A DNA stretch of 61,722 nt, filler included, from Chiloscyllium plagiosum (lineage: Eukaryota): assembly GCF_004010195.1 (NCBI RefSeq). It is 5 parts of one record of this genome, joined end to end, with 100 filler letters (N's around TTAATTAATTAA, not from the genome) between each part and the next. Parts side by side here need not be neighbours in the genome. Positions count along the whole stretch, not along the records: positions 6,662 to 27,687 come from NC_057717.1; positions 27,788 to 44,809 come from NC_057717.1; 3 more parts are not named here. The stretch is one strand, 5' to 3'. The translations under genes were made by a program, and so were the position numbers. Positions 24,335 through 36,161 of the stretch are shown here, piece by piece (the first letter of the stretch is position 1; each line of letters opens with the position of its first letter). The notes below the pieces were generated by a model that did not search any database, had not been told where the DNA came from, and saw only the letters and a list, made by a program, of their open reading frames with translations.

Positions 24335-26445
24335 GTTAAGTGTGTACAAGAATATTTTCTGGTTAAGTATGCGGATGAACCTACTAGAGCAGGTGCAAAA
24401 CGTGACCCACTCTGGGGAAATAAGGCAGGGCAGGTGACTGAGGTGTCAGTGGAGGTGCACTTTGGTGCCAGCTACCATAATTCTATTAGATTTAAAATAA
24501 TGACGGAAAAGGATAGATCAGATCTAAAAGTTGAAGTTGTAAATTGGAGAAAGGCCAATTTTAACGGTATTAGGCAAGCACTTTCAAAAACTGATTGTGG
24601 GCAGATGTTCACAGGTAAACGGGAGGCTGGAAAATGGGAAGACTTCAGAAATGAGATAACAAGAATCCAGAGAAAGTATATTCCTATCATGATGAAAAGA
24701 AAGGCTGGTAGGCATAGGGAATGCCTATAACTAAAGGGTTTGATTAATAAAAAGAAGGAAGCATATGTCAGGTATAGATAGGATAGTTCGAGTGAATCCT
24801 TCGAAGAGTATAAAGGCAGTAAGAGCATACTTCAGAGGGAAATCAGGAGGGCAAAAAGGGGACATGAGAAAGTTTTACCATGTAGAATTAAGAAGAATCC
24901 AAAGGGTGTTTCCAAATACGTTAATGACAAAATCATAACTAGGGAGAGAATAGAGCCCCTGAAAGATCAGCAAGGCAGCCTTTGTGTGGAGCCGCAGAAA
25001 ATGGGAGAGATAATAAACGAGCATTTTGCATCAGTGTTTACTGTGGAAACGGATATGGAAGATATAGAATGTCAGGAAATAGATGGTTACACGTTGCAAA
25101 AATGTCCACATAACAGAGGATGAAGTACTGGATGTCTTGAAACAGGTAAAGGTGGAAAAATCCCCGGGATCTGAACAGGTGTACCCTAGAACTCTGTGAG
25201 AAGCTGGAGAAGTGATTGCTGAAATATTTGTACCATTGATAGTCACAGGAGAGGTGCCAGAAGACTGGAGTATGGCAAACGTCGTGCCATTGTTGAAGAA
25301 GGGTCGTACGGACAAGCCAGGGAACTATAGGCCAGTGAGCCTGACGTCGGTGGTGGGCAAGTTGTTGAACGGAATCCTGAAGGACAGGATGCACATGCAT
25401 TTAGAAAGACAAGGACTGATTATGGAGAGTCAACATGGCTTTGTGTGTGGGAAATCATGTCACACAAACTTGATTGAGTTTTTTGAAGAAGTAACGAAGA
25501 TGGCAGAGCAGTAAATGTGATCAATATGGTCTTCAGTAACACGTTCGACAAGATTCTCCATGGGGCACTGGTTAGCAAGTTTAGATCTCATGGAATACAA
25601 GGAAAACTAGCCATTTGGATACAGAACTAGCTCAAATATTGAAGACAGAGGGTGGAGGTGGAGGGTTGTTTTTCAGACTGGAGACCTGTGACTAGTGGAG
25701 TGCCACAAGGATCAGTGCTGGGTCCTCAATTTTTGTCATTGACATAAATGATTTGGATGCAAGCGTAAGAGGTACAGTTAGTAGGTTTGCAGGTAACAAC
25801 AAAATTGGAGGTGTAGTGGACAGCGAAGAAGGTTACCTCAGAGTACAACAGGATCTGGACCAGATGGGCCAATGTGCTGAGAAGTGGCACTTGGAGTTTA
25901 ATTCAGATAAATGTGAGGTGCTGCATTTAATGAAAGCAAATTTTACGAGGACTTATACACTTAATGGCAAGGTCCTGGGGAATGTTGCTGAACAAAGAGA
26001 CCTTGGAATGCAGGTTCATGGCTCCTTGGAAGTGGAGTCGCAGGTAGATAGGATAGTGAAGAAGGCGTTTTGTATGCTTTCCTTTATTGGTTAGAGTATT
26101 GAGTATTGGAGTTGGGAGGTCATGTTGCGGCTGTACGGGACACTGGTTAGGCCACTGTTGGAATATTGTGTGGAATTCTGGTCTCCTTCCTATCGGAAAT
26201 ATGTTGTGAAAATTGAAAGGGTTCAGGAAAGATTTACAAGGATAATGGCAGGGTTGGAGGATTTGAGGTATAAGGAGTGACTGTACAGGCTGGGGTTATT
26301 TTCCCTTGAGCGTTGGAGTCTGAGCAGTGACCTTATCGGGATGTACAAAATTATGAAGTGCATGGAGAGGATAAATGGATAAAGTCTTTTTTCCTGGGGT
26401 CTGTGAGTCCAGAACTAAAGGGCATAGGTTTAGGGTGAGACACGA
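24335..26445 (+). mobile_element. CR1/HER1 LINE ORF2 (endonuclease end + RT), pseudogenised
   Basis: ORFs 24434-24730, 25212-25514 (ANVVPLLKKG..PGNYRPVSLTSVVGKLL..SQHGF) and 25753-26094. Confidence 0.95.
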
Positions 26446-26454
26446 AAGTTATTG

Positions 26455-26615
26455 GGTGGCACGGTGGCACAGTGGTTAGCAATACTGATTCAGAAAGCCA
26501 GAGACTGGGGTTCAATTCCAGCCTCAGGCTGCATGGACTGTATGTGTGGAGTTTGCATATTCTCCCCATATCTCTGTGGGTTTCCTCCCACAATCCAAAA
26601 TGTGCAGGTTAGGCT
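26455..26615 (+). mobile_element. HE1-like SINE, 5' part
   Basis: ggcacggtggcacagtggttagca (A box) ... gggttcaattcc (B box) ... tgtgtggagtttgca core. Confidence 0.85.
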
Positions 26616-26699
26616 ATGCCTCTATAACTCACACAGTGAGTTCATAAATGCAATTAGTGTGAATGGTATTTGGAGGAATACATGTAATTGGAAAGTTAA

Positions 26700-27687
26700 A
26701 GTTAGGTTGGTGTTTGTTTAAGCGAATCGGAATATAGAGGTAAAGACATCATGAAGCAGTTGCATAGAGTGTTAGTGAGAGTGTACCTGAGGTATTGAGT
26801 GCAGTGTTGATTACCTAATCTAAGAAAGATTACACTGATCACAGAGGACGTGCAATGGACATTCTCCAGATTACGTCCTGAGATGACAAGATTTTCTGAT
26901 GGGGAGATTTGTCTTGCGAACTCTCTACTTTCAAAGCATGAGAGGTGATCGCAGTGAAATTTCAAAAATCTATGATACATGTGATGAGGTGGAAATAAAT
27001 AGGATGTATTTCTAGCTGTCTGCTCTATATTTAAGGCAAATAATGACAGGATGAGGGATATGCCATTTAAGACCGTAATAAGAAGGAAATTCTTCCCTCG
27101 GAGGGGACTGACTAACACAGGGGCATGGAAGCCTGATGGCAGGGCAAGATTAAGGAGAATCCCCAGATATTCTTCACGTATATCAAGTGGAACAGAACAA
27201 CCAGGGAACATGTAGGGCCTATTAATGACTTGACAAGTTGCATCCCAACTCAACTTCATGGTAGAAGGGTGACTGGAGCCCAATTTCCCCTGGTGTACTG
27301 CAAAGTTCAGTTCTGTGTCCCTTATTATTTGTGGTATTCATAAGTGACGTGAAAGTGACGTGGGTAGGGGGAGTGTGATAAGATTGGCCAATGGTTGGCA
27401 GTGAGGAGGAAGGTCTTATGTTACAATAAGATACAGATGGAATGGTCAGATGGTCAGATGAATGACAGATGGAATGTAACCCGGATACATATGAGGTAAT
27501 ACACTTTGGAAGAAGGAACCAGACAGGGGAGCACTCAAAGAACGGCATCACACTAGGAAGCTCAGAGTGTGCTTCTCCACACATCCCTGAATGTAACTGG
27601 ATATGATAATTGATTAGTTCAGCAGACTGTAGATAAAGCCTTCATTTATTGACCCAAAGATTATATGAGTTTTATATAGCACTTTGG
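26700..27687 (+). mobile_element. Old degenerate CR1 fragments
   Basis: Decayed LEY.VQ.W.P and GV.Q.SVL.P.LF motifs. Confidence 0.6.
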
Positions 27688-27787
27688 NNNNNNNNNNNNN
27701 NNNNNNNNNNNNNNNNNNNNNNNNNNNNNNNTTAATTAATTAANNNNNNNNNNNNNNNNNNNNNNNNNNNNNNNNNNNNNNNNNNNN
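27688..27787. other. Artificial contig-join linker
   Basis: 44N + TTAATTAATTAA + 44N. Confidence 0.95.
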
Positions 27788-28425
27788 CAGTCAGGAAGAT
27801 AAATGGGGTGTTGACCCTCATTTCAGGGGGATTTGAGTCCAGGAGTAAGGGTGTCTCAGTGCAGCTGTACAGGCTCTTGGTGAGACCTCAACTCGAACAT
27901 TGTGCAGTATTGTGTGCAGTTTTGGTCTCCGTACCTAATAAAGGACAAACCTGACATTGAGGGAGTGCAGCGAAGGATGACCAGACTGATCTCTGGGATG
28001 ACAGACTTTTTGTGGGAGCAGAGGTTGGGGCGACTGAGCCTGTATTCCATGGGGTTTAGGAAAATGAGTGGCGATCTCAGTGAGATATATAAAACACTGA
28101 CAGGGTTAGGTAGATTGGAAGCAGTGATGATAATTCCCCTGGCTGGGACTTCTACAACAAGAGGCCACACTATTAGGTACAGACAGGTCACATTGCATTT
28201 AGATACGAATAAATGTCTGCACTCAGAGTCTGGTGAACCTGAGAATTCTCTCTCACATAAGGCTGTGGAAGACAAGGCACTACAGACTAATAAGGATGTT
28301 TAGACACCGAAAAGATGGGGGATAGAGCAGGAGTATGGTATAGAAATAAAGGATCAGCCATCATTATATTGAATTGGATAGCAAACTCGACAGACCAAGG
28401 GGACAACCGCAGTTCCTATTTTATA
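27788..28425 (+). mobile_element. CR1 LINE 3' end
   Basis: ORF 27902-28303 (YCVQFWSPYL..IEGVQRRMTRLISGM..TRGH). Confidence 0.88.
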
Positions 28426-30578
28426 GCTTCACAAGGTTAATCACATTAATGTATGTGTACAGTGTGTGGGGAAAGTGCATTGAGGAGATGTTCAAACATT
28501 AACCAGAATGGGGCAGGCTCCATGTGCTGTATGGCCTATTACATTCCCGATGTTTCTGTGTGGTTTGTGGGAAAGCTCTGTAAATGTTGTCACAAGTTCA
28601 CAGATGTTAGGAACGACGTGTCTGCAGGGTCAACAGGACTGTCTTTCCAGTTCCCTTTTCCAGACTGAGGCTGGGGCTGGGTGTTCTGTCAGGTTTTATC
28701 CTTTAAGACGTCGGAGCAGTTTGATACAATAGAGTGTCTTGCTTGAGGTTTTCAGAGACTGTTGAAGAGTTTATCACATGACTGTGTGTCTGCAGTCACT
28801 TTTAGGCCAGACCAGGAAAGCACGGGAGATTCACTTCCTGAAAGTACATTGGAAAAGCAAATTGGTGTTTACGATCGACATTGAGTTCAAGGTCACTGTT
28901 ACTGACACCAGATTTGACATCTCGATATTTTAATAATTGTTCTTAACTTCCACCAGCTGCCAGATCATTAGCCTGGTCTGAATTATTAATCCAGTGACTT
29001 TTCCAAAACAGCACCATATCCACATAGGGGCCTATCAGAAACCACAAGGAACAAGTTACGTCTGTGTTGCTTGACAGCTCTATCAAAAGTCAGGGCCCAT
29101 TGCCTTTGCCTCTACTGTGTTCAGCTGTTTCTTCATGCCACGTGCAGCAAATCGAATTGGTTGAAGACTGGCATCTGTGATGCTGTGGGCATCATGATGA
29201 CGGTGAATTGAATCATCGACTCAACACTCCTGGCGAGGATGGTGCAGATACTATTTCCTTGTTTTTTACACTGATGTGCAGAGCTGATCCATTGATAGAC
29301 TGGGAATAATTGTGGAGCCCTCTCCACCAGTTAGTTGTTTTATCGTCTATCACGATCTTTGGCCGGATGTGGCAGGCTGCAAAGGTTTCATCTGGGTGTA
29401 TTTACCTTGTGACAATTTCTCTCTCTCGACCATATGATTTGGTTTCATTTGATTTGATAGGATTCATTGTCGCATGTTTCTAAGTAGAGTGAAACTCTTT
29501 GTTTATACACGGTTCTGGCAGACCACAGTGAGAGTTGGAGCTGCCTTTTTTTAGAGACATTGAGTGGCCGAAATTTAAAAGTCTACTTCANNNNNNNNNN
29601 NNNNNNNNNNNNNNNNNNNNNNNNNNNNNNNNNNNNNNNNNNNNNNNNNNNNNNNNNNNNNNNNNNNNNNNNNNNNNNNNNNNNNNNNNNNNNNNNNNNN
29701 NNNNNNNNNNNNNNNNNNNNNNNNNNNNNNNNNNNNNNNNNNNNNNNNNNNNNNNNNNNNNNNNNNNNNNNNNNNNNNNNNNNNNNNNNNNNNNNNNNNN
29801 NNNNNNNNNNNNNNNNNNNNNNNNNNNNNNNNNNNNNNNNNNNNNNNNNNNNNNNNNNNNNNNNNNNNNNNNNNNNNNNNNNNNNNNNNNNNNNNNNNNN
29901 NNNNNNNNNNNNNNNNNNNNNNNNNNNNNNNNNNNNNNNNNNNNNNNNNNNNNNNNNNNNNNNNNNNNNNNNNNNNNNNNNNNNNNNNNNNNNNNNNNNN
30001 NNNNNNNNNNNNNNNNNNNNNNNNNNNNNNNNNNNNNNNNNNNNNNNNNNNNNNNNNNNNNNNNNNNNNNNNNNNNNNNNNNNNNNNNNNNNNNNNNNNN
30101 NNNNNNNNNNNNNNNNNNNNNNNNNNNNNNNNNNNNNNNNNNNNNNNNNNNNNNNNNNNNNNNNNNNNNNNNNNNNNNNNNNNNNNNNNNNNNNNNNNNN
30201 NNNNNNNNNNNNNNNNNNNNNNNNNNNNNNNNNNNNNNNNNNNNNNNNNNNNNNNNNNNNNNNNNNNNNNNNNNNNNNNNNNNNNNNNNNNNNNNNNNNN
30301 NNNNNNNNNNNNNNNNNNNNNNNNNNNNNNNNNNNNNNNNNNNNNNNNNNNNNNNNNNNNNNNNNNNNNNNNNNNNNNNNNNNNNNNNNNNNNNNNNNNN
30401 NNNNNNNNNNNNNNNNNNNNNNNNNNNNNNNNNNNNNNNNNNNNNNNNNNNNNNNNNNNNNNNNNNNNNNNNNNNNNNNNNNNNNNNNNNNNNNNNNNNN
30501 NNNNNNNNNNNNNNNNNNNNNNNNNNNNNNNNNNNNNNNNNNNNNNNNNNNNNNNNNNNNNNNNNNNNNNNNNNNNNG

Positions 30579-31415
30579 CTTCTGTATTGTCTGCATGATG
30601 GAAGAGATTGTAGGAGATCCAGGGTGCGATGTGTCTTTGATAATGTTGTCAGCCTTTCCGTGGCAGCGAGCTGTGTAAAAGGAGACAATGGATAACCGTT
30701 GGTTTCCGTGATGGCATGGGCTGTGCACACAACCTTCTGTCATTTCTCTTACTGTCCTGGGCAGGGCTGCGGCCACACCAGGTCATTATGCACCCAGATA
30801 GTTTGCTGTCAGTGGTGCATTTGTAGACATTGGTGAGGGTCCTTGTGGACATGTCAAATGTCCTGAGCTGCCAGAGAAAGAAGAGGCGTTCTTGTGCCAT
30901 CTCGGCTGTCACATCCACATGGGAGGTCGGTTATCGTCACTCCAAGCAACTTAATGCTTTCCACTCTTTCAACTTCAGTTCCATTGAGGCAGATGGGGGC
31001 ATGTCCCCCTCATTTCTTTCTGAAGTCATTGATCAGTTGGTTAGTTCTGCCAATGTTGAAAGAGAGGATGGTCTCATTGCAGCACATCACTAAGTCCTCT
31101 ATTTCTGTCCTGCATTTTGACGTGTCATCATTACATACCTGTCCTACTATGATGGTGTCATCAGTGAACATGTAGATGGCATTCGTTCAAAATTTGGCAA
31201 TACCGTCGTGGGTGTACAGGGGTAGGGGGCTGAGGACACATCCTTTGGGATTTCAGTGCTGAATGTTATCATAGAAGAGATACACTTACCTATTTTCACT
31301 GATTGTGCACTGTAGGTCAGTAAGCTGAGGATCCAACTTCAGAGGGCGGAGCCAGGACTAAGGTCAGGGAGTTTTGTGATCAGTCTGAAGGGAATAATGG
31401 TGTTGAAGGTGAACC
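30579..31415 (-). mobile_element. Rex1/Babar-type LINE RT fragment
   Basis: AQERLFFLWQLRTFDMSTRTLTNVYKCTTDSKLSGCIMTWCG matches the Rex1 consensus KAQQRLFFLRRL..FYRCTIESIL.GCIT.WYG. FTDDT motif at ~31150-31170. Confidence 0.85.
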
Positions 31416-31915
31416 NNNNNNNNNNNNNNNNNNNNNNNNNNNNNNNNNNNNNNNNNNNNNNNNNNNNNNNNNNNNNNNNNNNNNNNNNNNNNNNNNNNNN
31501 NNNNNNNNNNNNNNNNNNNNNNNNNNNNNNNNNNNNNNNNNNNNNNNNNNNNNNNNNNNNNNNNNNNNNNNNNNNNNNNNNNNNNNNNNNNNNNNNNNNN
31601 NNNNNNNNNNNNNNNNNNNNNNNNNNNNNNNNNNNNNNNNNNNNNNNNNNNNNNNNNNNNNNNNNNNNNNNNNNNNNNNNNNNNNNNNNNNNNNNNNNNN
31701 NNNNNNNNNNNNNNNNNNNNNNNNNNNNNNNNNNNNNNNNNNNNNNNNNNNNNNNNNNNNNNNNNNNNNNNNNNNNNNNNNNNNNNNNNNNNNNNNNNNN
31801 NNNNNNNNNNNNNNNNNNNNNNNNNNNNNNNNNNNNNNNNNNNNNNNNNNNNNNNNNNNNNNNNNNNNNNNNNNNNNNNNNNNNNNNNNNNNNNNNNNNN
31901 NNNNNNNNNNNNNNN

Positions 31916-32415
31916 TTCAGTATACTCCTACTACCTCTATACTCTTCTCAGGATTCGCTCAATCTATCCTGTCTATACCTGACATATGCTTCCTTCTTTT
32001 TATTAATCAAACTCTTTAGTTAGCCAGCATTCCCTATGCCTAACAGTCTTTCCTTTCATCCTAACAGAAATATACTTTCTCTGGATTCTTGTTATCTCAT
32101 TTTTGAAGGCTTCCCATTTTCCAGCCGTCCCTTTACCTGTGAACATCTGCCCGCGATCAGCTTTTGAAAGTTCTTGCCAAATACTGTCAAAATTGGACTT
32201 TCTCCAATTTAGAACTTCAACTTTTAGATCTGGTCTATCCTTTTCCGTCATTATTTTAAATCTAATAGAATTATGGTAGCTGGCCCCAAAGTGCGCTTCC
32301 ACTGACACCTCATTCACCTGCCCTGCCTTATTTCCCCAGAGTGGGTCAAGTTTTGCACCTGCTCTAGTTGTTTCATCCGCATACTGAATCAAAACATTTT
32401 CTTGTACACACATAA
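31916..32415 (-). mobile_element. CR1 LINE fragment (counterpart of 24335-24835)
   Basis: ORF 32003-32413 (CVQENVL..HFGASYHNSIRFKI..LNWRK). Confidence 0.9.
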
Positions 32416-32468
32416 CATGAGCAGCAATTCAGTCCAACCTGGCTCAATGACCAGATAGAATGACTTAC

Positions 32469-32769
32469 CAGGAACACCAACTATAGCGAGGATGGGATAG
32501 TAACCAGCTTGAATAACCATCAATACGTCATAGATCCGAAATGCTAATGACATCCAAGGTTTAGAAAGCCAGTAAAGACTCCCGAGTAAACCCCTGTCCA
32601 TTGTTGGAACATTCCAGTCTAATGTTCTCAGATTCTGATCTATTGTTGGAACATTCCAGCCTAATGTTCTCAGATTCTGATCCATTGTTGGAACATTCCA
32701 GTCTAATGTTCTCAGATTCTGATCCATTGTTGGAACATGCCAGCCTAATGTTCTCAGATTCTGATCCAT
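32469..32769 (-). CDS. GPR139-like: First coding exon of a GPR139/GPR142-like GPCR (copy C) with expanded N-terminal 14-aa repeat
   Basis: (MDQNLRTLxWNVPT)x4-MDRGLLGSLYWLSKPW...IQAGYYPILAIVGVP, then a consensus phase-1 donor CCTG|GTAAGT (32468-32463). Frame is open up to an ATG at 32889, but that ATG is only ~14 nt from the TATA-like box, so 32769 is preferred. Confidence 0.82.
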
Positions 32770-32808
32770 TGTTTGAAAATTCCAGTTTAATGTTCTCAGA
32801 TTGTGATC
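32602..32808 (-). repeat. 42-bp coding tandem repeat, ~5 units
   Basis: Unit atggatcagaatctgagaacattag(a/g)ctggaatgttccaaca. ATG/ATA at 32769, 32727, 32685, 32643 and 32601. Confidence 0.95.
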
Positions 32809-32879
32809 TCTCCTCCCCCTCTCTCTGTGTCTGCTGATGCCTGTTATTGCTGTCGCTGATGTTCCCGCTGATACTATGG

Positions 32880-33005
32880 GATAACACATTGAACCGACTC
32901 CCTATTTAATAGAAGAGGAAAGCCCTCTAGTGACACATTTAGGGTGCACAGAGACTGACATCAAGGACAGTCGCTGTACGAATAACTCCCGTTAACCCAT
33001 TTCAA
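32880..33005 (-). promoter_or_regulatory. Putative core promoter of copy C (TATA-like tattaaata 32911-32903)
   Basis: Homologous to the blocks upstream of copies A and B. Confidence 0.5.
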
Positions 33006-33399
33006 TTCAACTCTTTTTATTAAAATTCAAAATTATGATTATAATTTACACATTCTTGATGGGATATGTGGGGGTGACAGAGGGAACAAATGTTGGGGCT
33101 GATAGAACACTCATGTGTAAGCATTCAACCTGCCTTGTATATGATAGCAATGCCAGAGGTTTATCAGAAAAAAAGCATGCTTCTCCCTTTCTAAATTGAA
33201 ACATACGTTCTGTATCCACTGATCAGGCACTGCAATATCAGGAAGACATTGAGAGAACTTTTATCTTCCATGATCTGAGAAGAAAATATCCCTAAGACTA
33301 CGCGCGGTTATAACAGACAACGACGTGGTTATGTTAAAAGGGTATTGTATCTAAGAGACAATGGGGACTGCAGTTATTGGATAATTCAGTGCAGGTAAA

Positions 33400-33768
33400 G
33401 CGTGGCGGTGGAAAAGGCACAGTAAGCCAGGCAACATCCTATTAGCAAGAGAGTCGACGTTTCAGGCAGGACCTTTCTTCAGGACTGGGGAGGGAGAAGG
33501 GGGCTAAGTGAATCTGGGTGATGGGGTGAGGCGGGGAAAAGATAAGTGATAGGTGAGCGAAGGTAGGAGGTGATAGTGATAGATCGGTGCGGTGTGTGGA
33601 GCAGATGGTGGGAAGGAAGATGGACGTTAGGTCTCCTCGAGAGGGCAGATGTGAGTACAGGGGTCGGATCTTGGATCTGGGTTGGCCAGAGGAGATTTGT
33701 ACATCAGTGAATCCAATGTTCATGCCGTGTGTTTGCTGGCTTCCGAGGCAGAAGATGAGGTGTTACTG
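33400..33768 (-). mobile_element. Penelope-like 3' fragment
   Basis: Counterpart of 23123-23520 (..HGMNIGF..). Confidence 0.75.
33452..33486 (-). ncRNA. Minimal type I hammerhead ribozyme motif (Penelope-associated)
   Basis: Minus strand AGTC-CTGAAGA-A-AGGT-CCT-GCCT-GAAA-CG-TC-GACT: full core, 4-bp stem I, 4-bp stem II, palindromic minimal stem III, GUC site. Confidence 0.65.
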
Positions 33769-35389
33769 GTAACATCCTGGTAAATCTCTTCTGAACCCTC
33801 TCCAGCTTAATAACCTCCTTCCTGGAACAGAACTGCACACAGTACTTCAGAAGAGGCTTTATGAATGTCCTGCACAACCTCAGCATGACTTCCCAACTTC
33901 TAACCTCAAAGGTCTGAGCAATGCAGTAACCTTAAACACCCTGCGCCACAAACTTCAAAGAATTATACCTGCGCCCCTTAGTCCCTCTTTCTATATAACT
34001 ACCAAAGCCCAGCATTAATTGTGTAAGCCCTGCCCTTATTTGATTTACCAAAATGCAAAGCCTCACATATATCTAAGTTAAACTCCATCTGCCACACCTC
34101 AGCCCAGTGAATGATATTACTACCCCCTCATACTTGCCCTTCGGATTAAAACGACAATCCTCTCTCCAGAAGGCCTACAGACACCAGCCTTGAGTTTCCC
34201 AAAGACCCAGAGCTTGGTTTGCCTTGCGCAGGCAGAGGGAGGAGTCGGTACGCAAAAGCTGGAAAGGAAACAGCTGCCTTGTATCAATGAATGATTTTAG
34301 GAAGAGGGAAGCCACATGTTAGAGATTTGAAATAGTGACCGGTGTTTTGGGACAAGAATTGTGCTCCTTCCTTATCTCTGGTGTTCAGTATTGATATGTA
34401 CTCCAGATCCTTAATAGTGCAGCGTGTGTTTGCAGGATTTCTTCCACAAAAATAGCAGACTACTGATAATATCCATTTTAACCAGAAATGATAGCCAAAC
34501 AATTAAAGATCTTCATAGTTTCTCTCAATGGCACAGCAAATTCACTCAACATCCTGAAGGTGTTTGCCCGAAACGTCGATTTCGCTGATCTTTGGATGCT
34601 GCCTGAACTGCTGCGCTCTTCCAGCACCACTAATCCAAAATCCTATAGTTAAGGCGAATAACTTGCACTTTTTTCAATGAGAAATGTCCCCTGTATAAGT
34701 TGGTAATGTTAAACAGAATTTAATAAATCCATACAGCCTTGATTAATGGATGGTGCCCACATTTCTGAGGTGGAACTCTGGAGTCGATTCCAGTCCAAGA
34801 CTGTCTCGTAGTGCCCCTATCACTGGAAAAGGTGGTGTATATACATGTCCTGTGGAGGTGTGTCACAGCATGTTACAACAGGCTGATGAATAAACACACA
34901 GAAGCACCACGTTGCAGCTTTAGCGGCTAATGCTGAATGATGATAGTCTCCCAATCATTGGGCAGAAAATTCCAGTTTTAAAGCCCACAGAGCTGTTTCA
35001 TAATATGTCTGAACAAGTTGATTAAACTCTTTTTGGATTCGTGCCTTGATGGAGAAGAAAGAGGTACGATTACTGAATTTTAGAATTTAGATGCAGGATG
35101 ACTGAAAGCAAAGCCATTCGTGTTGATTGGAGTCACATTTGCACTTTCTAGAAGTTTATAAAATGACGAAAGGCATGGATAGGATGAGTGGTCAAGGGGA
35201 CCTGATGTACGTCTGGAAATACAGAGTAGACATCATTATTCATTTTGTGTTTGGAAAGCTGTAACTTGTGGAATTCTTCAGGGATTTGTGTGATGTCATC
35301 AAACAATTACAATCCTTACCAATGAATTGGATGAAAGGGATGGAGCTCAGTTTGCTCATGCACCAGGATAGTCATTCAATAAGATGTCA

Positions 35390-36000
35390 AATGGAGACAG
35401 AGCGTCTGCAATGGCATACAGACAGAGGGAGGGCAGAGCGTCTACAATGGGTCACAGACAGGGGGAGGGCAGAGCATCTGCAATGGGATAGAAACGGGGC
35501 AGGGCAGATCATCTGCAATGGGATAGAGACAGGGGAAGGGCAGAGCATCTGCAATGGAGTAGAGACAGGGGAAGGGCAGAGCATTTGCGATGGGATAGCG
35601 ATAGGGGAAGGGCAGAGCATCTGCAATGTGATACAGACAGGGGAGGGCAGAGCATCTGCAATGGGATACAGACAGGGGAGTCCAGAGAGTCTGCAATGAG
35701 ATACAGAGAGGGGAGCGTAGGGCGTCTGAAGTGGAACGAGGGACGAGGGCATAACGTCTGCAATGGGATGTAGACAGGGGGAGGTTAGGGCGGCTGCATT
35801 GGGATACAGACAGAGGGAGGGCAGAGTGTCTGCAATGGGATACAGATGGGGGTGAGGAGAGCGTTTGCTTTGGGATACAGAGAGGGGAGGGAATAGTGTA
35901 TGCAAGGGGATACAGACAGAAGGAGGGCAGACAGTCTGCAATGAGATAAGCCAGAGGGAGTGCAGAACGTCTGCAATGTGACACAGACTGGGGGGAGGTC
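35390..36000. repeat. 36-bp G-rich minisatellite (mirror of 20385-21140)
   Basis: gggatagagacaggggaagggcagagcatctgcaat units. Confidence 0.9.
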
Positions 36001-36067
36001 CGACCGCATCAAGCAGACAGACAGAGAACAGTTGTGAGCCAACCTTCACCAGAACAAAATAACTATA

Positions 36068-36161
<94 letters not shown>
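36068..36161. repeat. Compound (CT)n(AT)n microsatellite
   Basis: Direct reading. Confidence 0.97.

Larger units (their letters stand above)
14140..24835 (+). repeat. Segmental duplication, arm 1 (paralog of 31916-44809 in reverse orientation)
   Basis: Colinear reverse-complement similarity across unique DNA and TE junctions. Spot check of 19801-19905 vs 36700-36810 gave about 7 differences in ~105 nt. Confidence 0.92.

Noticed and set aside
26455..26530. tRNA gene (also 52826-52895)
   Set aside because: A/B boxes continue into a SINE core; these are tRNA-derived SINE heads.
29535..30776. 370-400 aa ORFs (also 16462-16960, 31376-32023)
   Set aside because: They consist of X residues from N gaps.
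32602..32808. CRISPR-like direct repeats
   Set aside because: Units are contiguous without spacers and lie in frame within a GPCR exon.
32561..32887. Alternative-frame ORF (NNGSESENIRLECS)n, also 24023-24214
   Set aside because: By-product of a 42-bp repeat; non-ATG start, stops before the donor, no recognisable domain.
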